From Vicugna vicugna (taxonomy: Eukaryota): 61,550 nucleotides of DNA. Position numbers and translations under genes: made by a program. Below, piece after piece: positions 12,385 through 24,439 of this stretch. Location of the stretch: assembly GCA_013265495.1 (NCBI GenBank), contig MU057386.1, positions 3,075 to 64,624 of the forward strand, written 5' to 3'. The number at the start of each line of letters is the position of its first letter. Within the stretch, counting starts at the first letter, position 1. The notes under the pieces were generated by a model, which had not been told where the DNA came from, made no database searches, and saw only the letters and a list, made by a program, of their open reading frames with translations.

Positions 12385-12900
12385 TGTGAAAGTAAATCCC
12401 TCATATCAAGTCATTTCACCCTTAAATACTTCAGTATGCATTTCTGCAGTACAGGGATGTTTTCTTACACAGCCACCATGTTCTCATCACTGAACAAAAT
12501 TAACCAGAATTCTTTGTTATTGTCTAATACCCAGTCCATATTCAATTCTTTCTGACTGTCTCAAAATGTCTATTTTTAAAAGTCAGGGTGTTCAAATCAA
12601 GAGTCGGACAAGGTCTGCACATCCCGTGTGATCGCTAGGATGCCTCTCTTAGTCTAGAGGGGGCCCCTGCCACCCCCACCCTTTTTTTTTAATGGTTTAT
12701 GAGTCTTTTTCAAATCTTTCCTTTACTGCAGACAGAGCTCAGTCACTTCTCTTATGGGACATCTTCATTCAGGATTTGTGCATTTGCTTCCTCTCAATGT
12801 GTGTGTTTTGTCCCTCAACCCCCTATACTTCCTGAAACCTGGAAGTTAGGGCTAATGCCTTCGCTAAATTCAGGTTTAACTATTTTGGCAAGCATCCTTG
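12385..12900 (-). mobile_element. Old L1 (L1MC4/5-like) 3' UTR
   Basis: catttcacccttaaatacttcagtatgcatttc...tctaatacccagtccatattcaa. Confidence 0.65.
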
Positions 12901-12974
12901 CAACAGTCAGGAGGATTTTGCCATCCTTCCTGCATTTATCTCACTCCTTTCTGTTTCCTTTGCTGGGGTATTTT

Positions 12975-13065
12975 AAAGACTTGATTTTCGAAGTGTGGGC
13001 TGATGACTGGCATGGCAGCCTGGTCATCACTTGGGAGCTTGTTAGAAATGCAGTCTTGGGCTCCA
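12975..13065 (+). mobile_element. MER5-family fragment, 3' truncated
   Basis: catcacttgggagcttgttagaaatgcagtcttgggctcc, then abrupt loss of similarity. Confidence 0.6.
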
Positions 13066-13139
13066 GTAATCTTCCTAGGGGGTCACGCCAGAAGGCACGC
13101 AGGCCTGGGGGACCCACTCTGAGGGATGGTAAGATGAGC

Positions 13140-13860
13140 CAAAAACATTGAAATTAAAAGTTGGTTTTTTGAAAACATCAACAAAACTGACAAAATTTTA
13201 GCTAGACTGACCAAGAAAAATAGAGTGAATAAAATTAATAAAATCAGGCATGAGAGAGGGAACATAACAACAGTATAAAAATTAAACAAGAGTTATATGG
13301 GAATACTATGAACAACTGTTTGCCAACATAAAATGGACAAAGTCCTAAAAACAAACAAAATGCCAAGACAGAATGGACAAGAAATAGCAAGCAAGAAAGA
13401 GATCAAATTATTGATTTTTAAAAGTTTCATTAAGAAAAGCCTGGGACAAATGGCTTCACTGGTGAATTCTATCAAACATTAAAAAAAATTAACACCAATT
13501 CTTCCCAAACTGTTCCAGAAAAGTAGAGACAGAGAAAATAGCTTTCAATATTTTCGGTGAGGCCAGTATTGCCCTAATGCCTGAGGAAAATGCTAGCAAA
13601 ACAAATCCAGCAGCCCATAAAATAGAATATATGCAATGACCAAGTGGAATTTATCCCAGGAATACAAAGACAGTTACACAACTGAAATCAATCAACATAC
13701 TACATCAAATTGATCAAGGATAAAAACCACGTGATCATCTTGATATATGCAGAAAAGCACTGAACAAAATTCACAACCATTTCAATTAAAAATATGAACA
13801 TAATATAGGAAACAATGTAGAAAGAAAGAAATTTTACAGACAGATAAAGGGCACTTATGA
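13140..13860 (+). mobile_element. L1 ORF2 fragment
   Basis: aaagttggttttttgaaaacatcaacaaaactgac...ggcttcactggtgaattctatcaaacatt...gaccaagtggaatttatcccagg. Confidence 0.9.
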
Positions 13861-15552
13861 ATTGATGGGCCATGTAGTAATCTCATGTTTGATTATTTAA
13901 GAAACTGAAAAACTGTTTTCCACAATGTTTGTACTATTTTACTTTCCCACCAGTAATGTATGAAGGTTCCATTTTCTTCACACCTGTTTTTCGACACTTG
14001 TTCGACACAAATTATTTCCTTTTTTTTTATTATACCTACCCTAGTGGGTATGAAATACTAAATCATGGTTTACTTTGCATTTCCCTAGTGGATAATGATG
14101 TTGGTCATATTTGCATGCATTTATGGGCCATTTGTATATCTAGAGAAATATCTATTCAAATCCTTTTGCCATTTATTGAGTTGTCTTTTCATTATTGAGC
14201 TGAAAGAATCATAGATATATTCTGGACACTAGACCCTTACCAGATAAATGATTTCAAATATTATTTCCATTTTCTAGGATGTCTTTTCTCTTTCTTGACA
14301 GTGTCCTGTGAAGCACAAATGTTTTTTTAATTTTAATAATGTCCAATTTATCTATTTTTCATTTTCTCTCTCAGTCTTTAGGCATCATATCTTAGAAACC
14401 ATTGCATAATACAAGGCCACAAAGATTTACTCCTTAGCTTTCTTCTGAAAGTTTTATAGTGTTAGCCCTTACATTTAGGTATTTGATACACTTTGAGTTA
14501 ACTTTTTTATAGGGTGTAAGGTAGGCATCCAAATTCATTTTTTTCTTGAGAAAATCCAGTTGTCTTAGCACCATGATTTGGAAAAGACTATCCTTTTTAT
14601 TGAATTGTCTTGGCACCTTGTGAAAAATCAATTTACCACAGATGTATGGACTGTTTCTGTACTTTCAGTTGTATTCCATTCATCTATATGTCTATCCTTA
14701 TGCCAGTACCAGACTGTCTTAGTTACTGTGGCTTTATATGAAGTGTTGAAATTGGGAAGTGTGAATCCTCCAACTTTATTCTTTCTTAAAGATTATTTTG
14801 GATATTTTGAGTAGTTTCTAGTTCCATATAAATTTCAGAAAAGCATGTCAATTTCTGCAAAAAAAAAAAAAAAAAAAGACAGTTGGATATGTAGACCAGC
14901 ACGGCCATTTTTACAATACTGAAACTTCCAATCCACGAACACCAAGTATCTATCTTCCCCTTTATTTAGGTCTTTGATTTCTTTCAGCAATGATTTATAG
15001 TTTTCTGTCTACAATTCTTGTACTTTTTTGGTTACACTTATTCCTAAATAATTTATTATTTTGGTGATATTGTAAATGTAATTAGTTTCTTAATTTCATC
15101 TTCTGATGGTACATTGCTTCTTTACGGAAATAAAATAGATTTTTGTATAGTGATCTATCATGCAACTTCACTGAACTCATTTATTATTAGTTCTAATTTT
15201 TGTGTGTGGATTCTTTAGTGTTTTCTATATGTAAAATCATGTCATGTGTAAATATAGGTGGTTTTATCTCTCTCTTACTAGTCTGGATGCCTTTTATTTC
15301 ATTTTCTTGCCTTATTTTCCTGGCTAGCACCTTCAGCAAAATTTTGAAAAGAAGTTGCAAGAATGAAGAGTGAGAAAGTTCCCTTCTATGCCCAGATTGT
15401 TGAGTTTGCCTAATTAATAGGGGGCTGGTATTGTTCAAATGCCTTTTCTGTATCTATTGTTATTTTTTTTCTATTGATATGTTATATTGCATTGATTAAT
15501 TTTTATATGTTGAACAAATCTTGCATTCTTGGAACAAATTACCCTGTCATTG
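13861..15552 (-). mobile_element. L1 ORF2 fragment (RT to C-terminus)
   Basis: ORF 15193-15438 [24 protein letters not shown]...[12 protein letters not shown] corresponds to L1 RT (FADDMILYLEN). Confidence 0.9.
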
Positions 15553-16029
15553 TTTAAATTGTTTCACTAGACTGAAAGATTTGACTTTCATCAACCATTG
15601 CATCAAATTGGTATAAATTCTGCAAGACACATTGCTCTATATTAACGAATTCTGTAAGAGGCCATTTTATATACTTGTATTGTGTCTACTCTGATAAAGT
15701 TCTTAAAGACATTAGTTATTTATTGTCTTCTTCATGAAGATTTTCAGCACAAATTTCTTCCTATCCTTAACATCAAGAATATTTGTGAGTTTTCCTGAGT
15801 CATTGGTTTATTTTTATCTTATAGACATTATGAATCAGGCTTCCCCAGCAAGTGTATGGGATCTAATGACGTATATTTTTCATATTACCCTCAGTCCTAA
15901 ATATATTTTATTTTCTATCTTTGTTTAGCTTTTTCTTTGTCATACACATAGCATTTGTCATCTTGCTCTATTTTTTATTATCTTATAAGTGGCCTTATGT
16001 CCACTTATGCAAGATGAGAAATAACTATT

Positions 16030-17010
16030 AGATATAAACTGCCTACTCTGTATCTCCTCTTAAGTGTGCCAAAGGCACCTAAATTCATTATGAACTTATG
16101 ATCCATCTTTGTGAAATCCAAATATATTTTTTCTTATCTCCATGTACTGTCCTTTCATTGGGCAAAATTATAAAACATGGGCTCACCCTTGACATCCTTC
16201 CTCTTCCTCATTCTCTCTCTCCAAACTACCATCAAATTCTGTAGATTTTTACATTCTAAATATCTCAAAGGGGCCCACTTTTATCCATCTCCAACTGTAA
16301 AATATTTCCAGGATATTATCTTTTCCCTGCTGGACTACTGCATTTAGTCCCCTGATGCAGGTATATAATTGCACCCACTCTTTGCCCTCTCCAGTCTATT
16401 CTCCACTCTACCTCTGTAAAGACTGTTACAAAATGCAAATTTTATTGTCACCCAGTTGCTGAAAACCTTGTAATGACTCCTAGTTCTCTTAGGAAAAAAC
16501 AAAACCCCAAAAAACAAAAAAAACTAAACATACCAGCCTGCAGATCCAACATAGTCTAGGCTTTACCTCTCCTTGCACCACATTCTTCCATGTTCTTTTT
16601 GCTCAAGTCATGCTGGTTTTTCTTTCTGTTTTTCTTATCTGCCACAGGCTTTCACATGTGCTTTTCCCTCTGCCTATAAATCTCCCAAACCATCCCTCCC
16701 CCACTGACATATCAACTCACTCTATTGAACCATCAGTTCCTCATTGAAATCTTCCTTGACCTTACTGACTAGATGAAACCACTTTATTACATGATTTCAA
16801 ATTAACATGTATTTCTCCTTCATGGCAGTTCACACAGTTTACTTTAGTTTTGTTTGTGTGGTTATTTGATGACTATTTCTTTCCCCTCTCCCCAAATATC
16901 TGAGAGAGAGAGAGACAGAGAGATTCTATAACTGTATAACTGTTTTCATGTTTAATCCATGTGACACATTTAATATTGATTTTCTCTGCCCTAGGATCTA
17001 TGTGATGATA
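16030..17010 (+). mobile_element. LINE-2 (L2a-like) 3' region
   Basis: aactgcctact...ccttgacatccttcctcttc...ctccagtctattctccac...cacatgtgcttttccctctgcct. Confidence 0.8.
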
Positions 17011-17069
17011 TACTTGTAATAGCCAAGAGAATCTTAGGGTTGTTTCTAGAACCACAGTGTTGATCAGAG

Positions 17070-17277
17070 CAATGCTGTCCAACAGAACTTTCCGCAGTGG
17101 TGGGAATATTATATAACAGTGCTGTCCAATAGAGTAGCTACTAGCCACGTATAGGTTCTGAGCAAATGAAATGCAGACGGTATGGCTGAGGAACTGAATT
17201 TTAAATTTTATTTGATTTCAGTTAGTTTATATTTAAATAGATACATGTGGTTAGTGGTCACTGTGTTACAGAACAGT
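17070..17277 (+). mobile_element. MER3
   Basis: caatgctgtccaacagaactttc...gctgaggaactgaattttaaattttatt...atgtggttagtggtcac. Confidence 0.85.
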
Positions 17278-18574
17278 TTTATCCAGAGATCAATTTTGAA
17301 GGAAAAAAATGTGTTAAAGAAGCTTAGTGTGTGTCCTTATTTTCAGGTAAATTACCTTCTAAACTTTCAGACTTATCACCTTCCAGTAGTTAAACAGAAT
17401 ACTACGACATTCTAAAGGTTCCTGGAAAGTGGCCATTCGATTTGAGGAACAAAGGTAAAGTGGAAGCCAAGTGGCTGGGAGCTGAATTCTACCCTGCTTT
17501 CCAATCTCTCTCCCTTCAACAAAACAGAATAATTATATGTGCTTAGTAAATTAATTTTTTACTTAACTTTTAACTTGAATAAAAATTTGTTTCACTTAAA
17601 ATCTTTTAGAAACCACTACCCTGGCCAAAAGATTTTTATCTTCATTCAGTAGCAGCAAGCAATATCTATCTACCCAGTATGTGTTGTGCATGTTTATAGG
17701 AAGAGAAAGTCATTACCCATGTAGAATGATATGAGAGGCATTAAGAATTTCTCTCTACCTCCAAGTGTTCCTCTTACTCGCCTACTATAGTACATAGGAA
17801 TATATGTATATAATACCTACTAATATATGTATATAGAATATGAGAAGTGTATACAACAATTCTAGGAATCATCTTGTTGAAATCTGACCCCTAACAAGGA
17901 CTCACTCCACAGAATGCCTGACAAGAGCTTATTAATGGTTTCAGAGCAAGGTCTTGAATGGAGAAGGGGCAATGACAGTAATACTTCATAAATGCACAAA
18001 TTCAATAGTAGGCCAAGTTGCCAAAGACAATTGGAGCTGGGGCAACAAAAATTAAGTTGAGTTTGGCAGGAAAAAAGTCAAATTTCAAAGAATAAGAATG
18101 GCAGAGCAACAGCTGAAGCAGGAAGTCATGGTGGAACAAAGTGACCTAGGAGAGCCGGTGGAGTGATTTGAAAGGTCAAAGCTGTGAACCGTGGCAGACA
18201 AATTAATCAATGAGTAGTCAGAATGCTGAGACCCAACACTGCAAAAACTGAAGAATCTGTGAGGGTAGCACTAAACAGGTCTAGTACTTCAAAGACTTAG
18301 TTGTACTAGAGAGTGGAGTTCTTCTGAAAGACTTGCCAGCTATTGCTACCCTGTTAACTAAGCCAACCATGAGCAGCTCCTCTTACTAATGGGCTCTCCT
18401 ATTTATTTAAAAAGTCCAATTTCTCCCTATGGCCTTCAGTCTACTTGCAGTCTTAATAGCTGTTCAATTTTACCCCGAACATTTTCAGTGATGTGGAAAA
18501 GGAAACTAAGAGAATTTAACACCTGCTACTTGCAAGAAACAGTAGCAGGAGATAGCTAAATAAATGTTCTTGTG

Positions 18575-18700
18575 CAATCCTTACCAACAACTTGATTAAG
18601 TACCATTATTAATAATATTTTACAGACAGAAAACTCAAAGAAGTAAATTACCCAAGTTCACATAACAAATTTGTAGTGAAGTCAGATATTGAATCTAGAG
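18575..18700 (-). mobile_element. MIR
   Basis: attttacagacagaaaactcaaag...cccaagttcacata core in reverse orientation. Confidence 0.65.
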
Positions 18701-20216
18701 TTTTATTATCCCCCCTTGCCCTCTTTTATGTATTTTATAGATTTCTAAGGCTCCTCTTAGTTTGTGGGGCTGAAAACTGTGTTCTGACCAGTCCAGAGTT
18801 CAATAAAAATTTTCCAGTCCTCTGTGACTAAGTTACTATTTCCAGAAGATCTCTTTTGAAACACATGTTACTTAGGACGATATTAATTAATCCACCAAAT
18901 ACATTAAAATATACATTATTTTTATCAGATAAATCATGTAAGGACAGAACCCTGAGGAATTAGCACAAAAGGCAGGTCTAGACTGGGGACAGAGAAAAGT
19001 ATTGGAGATGATGGAGGCAGAAAAATAACACTGATAGAGGTCAATGTTTTAAGATAATAGGATAAGACATATAAGACCAATTTATATTACAAGCAGTCTT
19101 TATCATACTATTTGATTTTTCCTTTCTTTAACAGCCAGGAAAAATTTCTGGCTGAAATATTTCACCAGTGGCAATCTTGATTAGGTCACAATATGCTGTG
19201 GGTTCTTATTGGAGTTTTAAAAAATGCCCATGCTTATTAAGAGGTGACTGTGAGAGACTTCGCTGAATGACAGCTTTCAACTGACGATAAGCCACATTTA
19301 CCGAGTAGTAAAGCTATAATTTAGTCTTTGATCACTATCAGCAAACACCTTGGGCTGGCCCAGGAGCTCTAAGTGCATGCTGCATTGACATTCTCATGGG
19401 AGGCTCATGATTTCCTTTTAAGGTTATTTTCTAGTGAAAGGATCATTCTGCAATTCACCTGGTTGTGTTATGAGTGTATAACTAACCAAATTAATTGCAG
19501 AGTTAATCTTAGGCAATAATTTCTCCAGCTTCCAGTGGGAGTTTGCACTCGAAGCTATCATTCAAGACTTCTTTTGTTCAAATCCCTGAGAAGCGGCAGA
19601 TTTCTAGTCATTGTGAAGATTTTTCAGGATGTAGGAGAAAGATTTGATGAAGTTGTTTTTCATGGTGTTATAATGAGAGTTGCCTTGCTTGGAATAGCTC
19701 TGCAGTTCATCAGTTTTGATGTCTATATCTTGTACCTTTAGATAGTTGAAGATCAATGACATTATAAAATGCATTTTGCCTTGAATGTTCTTTGTCACAT
19801 CTCAGAGCAAAACATTCAGAGAATTGTGTCCTAATTATGTTCAGATCTTATGATTTATATAAAGGAACATCTGACAAAATTTTATATTTTTCCATTTTTA
19901 AGTTTTAAAAAGATTGTATTTATAATAAAGATATTTTAGAAGCACAGAGGGAAAAAAATATGCATTCCAAAAATGACCCTGTACATTCCAGGGCTGCTGA
20001 AATTGTGTTTCTGAAATGGGATCTACTCTGTTCACTTTATCAAAGTAGGACTGTAATTATTTTTAAACGATTCCTGGCATTTAGGCCCAAATGCAAATCT
20101 CAACTTCATAATCATGTCAAAAACATGACCTAATATATTAGTTCATATACTTCTTACCTTTTTAATTCCTCTCCCATAAAACATATGGTCTTTTTCCAAG
20201 ACTTACCATGTGGTCA

Positions 20217-20890
20217 TGATGCAGGAAAAATGGATGCGGGGCGTGTTGGGCACCAAAGAGATGATGCAGGAAAAATGGGTGTGGGGCATGAGGAGGGCTG
20301 TGTCCCAGGCTTCGGATGAGCCCCTGGAACGTGCCCTGCCAAGTGTGGGTCCTTGGCTTTGCACAGGAAAGAATTCAAGAGCGAGCCACAGTTAAGTAAA
20401 GGTAGATTTATTTAGAGATACAGCAAAAGGCAAGAGAAAGGCTATGAGGTGTGGGGGTTGGGTGCTCAGATTAGAGTAAAAGTAGGTACACATTCCACAG
20501 ATAGAGTGTGGGCCGTCTCCGAAGAGGGGGGAGGGTGGCCATGAGGTACCATGTTGCCAGTTTTTATGGGCTTGGTAGCTTCATATGCTAATAAGTAGAA
20601 GGACCAGTCTAACTAGCCAGGGGAAGGGGGTGAGATTCTCAGGAACTTGGCCATTTCCCACTCTTTGACCTTTTGTGGCTAGCCTTGGGACTGTCATAGC
20701 GCCTGTGGGCATGTTATTTACCATGTTAATATATTACAATGGGTTTATAATGAAATTCAAAGTCTACTGGAAGTCAAATATCCCACCATCTTGAGCCTCA
20801 AGGCCTACCAGGGGTTGAATCTTTCACCATTCTGGTGTTAATTGCTGTGTTATTCCTGGAATGGCTGTGCCCTACCCCCTTCCTGTCTCA
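20217..20890 (-). mobile_element. Solo ERV1-class LTR, relatively young
   Basis: TG..CA ends; perfect 4-bp TSD gtca (20213-20216, 20891-20894); minus-strand AATAAA near 20407; aaagaattcaagagcgagcca motif. Confidence 0.9.
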
Positions 20891-21279
20891 GTCACAATAA
20901 CAGTAAGAATACAGTATTTCCGTGTTTTTTCATAATGGCTGCTGTCTGATTCCTCTAGAAGAGCTCAGGGAGTTTCCAGGGCCTTTCTCCAGGACTCATG
21001 GACAGGAGCTTCTTACATTCTCTCTTAGTCTCAGCAGTAACATTTCACACATCCCTCAATACTGGGTTTCTGTAGTGATGTGTTCGACTACTTCTTTGTG
21101 CCTGAGAAATGCACTCTGATCCAATAATAATCATACTGGATTCAGTCAATTGAACCGCACAATCATTTTATTATAAGTTTGCTACACAGTGCTATTTTGG
21201 ATTTTCTGTTTCCTATGCATATTTCCGTGATGATGATCTTTATATTTCCTACTCATTGTTAAATGAATAAAAATGAGAA

Positions 21280-21970
21280 ATAGTGTAACATAGTGATTAA
21301 GAACATGGACACTGAAATCAGACTACTTAGTTCTGATTACCAGCTCTGTTACTACCAGCTATGTAACTTTAGAAAAATTACTTGACTTCTCTGTGCTAAC
21401 ATGTCCTTGTTGACTTAAAAACAAAATGCCCAACCTAAAAGTTGTGAGTTGCTTTATTCGTGAACCTTATTGAGGACCATATCTCTGGAGACAGCCTCTC
21501 AGACAGCTCTAAGGAACTGCTCCAAAGACGCAAGGGAGGAACTAGGATATATAGGAGGTTTTGTTTAGAAAAAAAAAATCATGTAGTTGAACATCCAATG
21601 ATTATTACAAATAAAAAAAACCCCAGACATTTCAAGTTAATGATTTTAGTGCTTTTCTATGTATTGGAAGATGCAAGAGTCTCGACTCATTGAAATTATT
21701 CCTTAGATATGCACCTTAATTACCTTAGGGCCAGTTTCCTATTTTCCCGCTATCCTGAATTCCCCTCAGGGCATACACTCTGCTGGGGGCAGTAGCTGCA
21801 GTGGCTGATGGCTTGATGGTGGGTGACATTTTGTTTACTGACATGGTAGGCAACATTTTTTTGTCTGCATCCGCATTACACCTGCCTCAAGAGATCATTA
21901 TGAAGATTAAAGATTGCTGGATTTAATGTGTGTAAAACAATGCATGGCACAGAGTAAATGCTATGTCAAT
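21280..21970 (+). mobile_element. MIR split by an LTR insertion
   Basis: tagtgattaagaacatggac...atgtaactttagaaaaattacttgacttctctgtgc before the LTR; attatgaagattaa...catggcacagagtaaatgct after it. Confidence 0.75.
21408..21869 (-). mobile_element. Solo ERV1 LTR, MER41-like
   Basis: tgttgac start, ggagacagcctctcagacagctctaaggaactgctccaaaga; TSD tcct/tccg; homologous to 29687-30154. Confidence 0.8.
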
Positions 21971-22076
21971 TTATTATTATTATATTATTATTTATATATT
22001 ATTATAACTTATTATCATTGTATATTATATTATAGTTATATTATATTTTTATATTATTAGTACATTATGTTATATT
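21969..22076. repeat. AT-rich low-complexity (TAT/TTATA)n
   Basis: Directly visible. Confidence 0.9.
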
Positions 22077-22469
22077 CCTCTCTTTAAGGTGGAAACCAGG
22101 GTGACAGAACACTCTGTCACATCTATATATTAATTGAATGATATCATCAAAGCAAAAACTATTAAGCAGAAAATGTCAGCACCAAAGACTGTCCAACCAT
22201 GTTGTACAGAGTTCAGAATTTCAATATCTATTGTTGTTTTGGAGATATTTGTCAGTTATTTTACGGGGAGAAAAATTAGACTCCTACTCAAGATGGTGAA
22301 CTGTGGAGACTATGTCCAAACATATAAAAGCTTAGGGTCAAAAAGACCTTTTTAAAGTTTTGAAAAATCCACATGTAAGCTTAAAAGCAAGAAAGTACCA
22401 TCCATCTGCAGGTGACATACCCTAACAAGAAACTCATTGTCAAAGGAAATAGAAGGAGATAAAGCTGTG

Positions 22470-22868
22470 TGGTTCACTAAGATAATTGATATTTTGTACA
22501 GTATAATTTTTAGGGGGAAGGAACTATTTCATATATGCAGGGTGTTTGATTTTCCTGAACCTCTTCTCACTAAATGTCAATAACACCCCTCCTAGTCATT
22601 GTACAAGTAATAGTATCCCAGTAGGAAAAAGACTTACCATGAAGCTAATGAAGCTCAAATTTCAGGGCTTCTTTGTTACATGGGCTCCTTCCAAAGCTCT
22701 GTACCTAATTTTGTTATATTAATTTTATATTCTTCTCTAAAAGGACCTCAGTATTATATAAAATTTCATATCTTCCAAAGTCTGGATCTTGCCTTGGCCC
22801 TAAAGCATTTCCAAATTTCCTCATGCTGGAGAAGGAAGGCAGTTGCATCTCCAACTGAGAAATGACAG
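22470..22868. mobile_element. MER20-like hAT element interrupted by MER53 (about 22625-22796)
   Basis: gacttaccatgaagctaatgaagctc...ccttccaaagctctgtacctaattttg (MER53) within MER20-like halves ending ccaactgagaaatgacag. Confidence 0.6.
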
Positions 22869-24187
22869 CTTAAGGGAAGAGGCTTTTTACATACATTTGG
22901 GAGTGAGAATTAAATCCACAGTTTCTAAGCATATCAGGTTGCTGAAACTGATTCCCTACATAAATCCAGAAATCTGGAAAAGACTATCACATGTGTTACC
23001 TTAAGTGTGGACTAGGAAGATTCTGTCTTCTGGCCCCAAAATGGATTGAGAGTGAAATTTTTGTTCTAGAACGTGAATTTAAAGAAGTCATCTGCAAAAA
23101 TCAATACCCCTAGTTTCAGTATTTGTGGCTGAGGTTGAAACTATCCACTGATGTGGAAATCCTGAGCAAAGAAACTAAGAAAATCAATCCCAAGAGGATG
23201 AGCTTATGAACAAAACTTATGAAATATCTCAAAATTTCACCACCACAAAGTTATCACATGTAACAAGTAGAAGACCTCATACTGGAGAAAATAAAAAATA
23301 ATAACCTAAGAATGTATTATTTCATACTCCCATGCTAATCTGGAGATAAAAAAATCCCCACAGTTTGAAGACACTGATAATCTGTCTCCAAGTCTAAAAT
23401 AAAGATTTTCTTATTGTCAGGACTCTGAGACCCTTGCTCTGAATTTCTGCTTGAGAGGTAGGATCTTTGGCATTTGATAGTCAACTCTCTATTCTAATCT
23501 GACTTCTAAATCAATAGTTCTGAATTTCAGACTTCTTTGGGAAGTTGACATAAGTTATGAAACATTTTCCTAGAAAAATACACACGTATATAACAATAAA
23601 TTTTGCATACATCAGGGTGGTCACAGATTACCCAACATCTATTACTGTACACACATGTATCCATGGAACTCAGGTTAAGAACATTCAGTATTTGATGAAG
23701 AGCAAGAATTTGGGGCTGCATAAGGAAGCTTATACACTAGCCCTTGCTTATTTCCCCCATGTTGGACTTCCATTTGGTACAGACATAATGTATCTTGTAT
23801 AGATTGTCAAGCCACAAAAAAAGTCAATTAATTTGAGTATACGTATACCTTTTCATAAGTCATGAAATTTTACAATACTGTTAATGTATACTCTACAGAG
23901 GCAGAGAATATGAGATCCAAGCTAAATTTACTAGAATTATCATACCATAAATAAGTAAACCATAAGTATGCCATAAATAAATGTTGAAATTGACATACTG
24001 TTGAAATGGTTATAGGAAAGAAATAAGATAAATTCAGGAAAGAGGTTGGTATATAGATACATGCTAAAATTATCTGGTACATTTTCTAGAAATAAGCTAC
24101 AAATGTGTTTTAAACTCCCCAGCAGCAATTGTAAAGCATTATTTTCTAATATGGCTAAATCCAGTAATATATCTTAAACATATCAAA

Positions 24188-24404
24188 CAGGGATCAGCAA
24201 ACTGTTTCTGTAAAGTACCAGCAGATAGTAAATATTTTAAGCATTGAAAGCCATATGGTCTCTGTCCCATATTCTTCCTTGCTATTTGTTTTGTTTTATT
24301 TTTATTTTATAGCGCTTGAAAACTGTAAAAAACCTTTCCTTTCTCTTAGGCCATACAAAAACAGTTCAGGGGCCAGATTTGCCCCAAAAGTTTGGCAGCC
24401 CCTC
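24188..24404. mobile_element. MER58-family hAT element
   Basis: cagggatcagcaaact...tagtaaatattttaagc...gggccagatttg...tttggcagcccct; inverted termini. Confidence 0.8.
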
Positions 24405-24439
24405 ATATAGAAGAATTAATGAACTAACCATTCCTCAGA

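Noticed and set aside
19604..19738. Possible terminal coding exon VQDIDIKTDELQSYSKQGNSHYNTMKNNFIKSFSYILKNLHND* on the minus strand
   Set aside because: Weak acceptor, no protein I recognise, no partner exons, and the opposite strand has similar-length open frames; BLASTx would settle it
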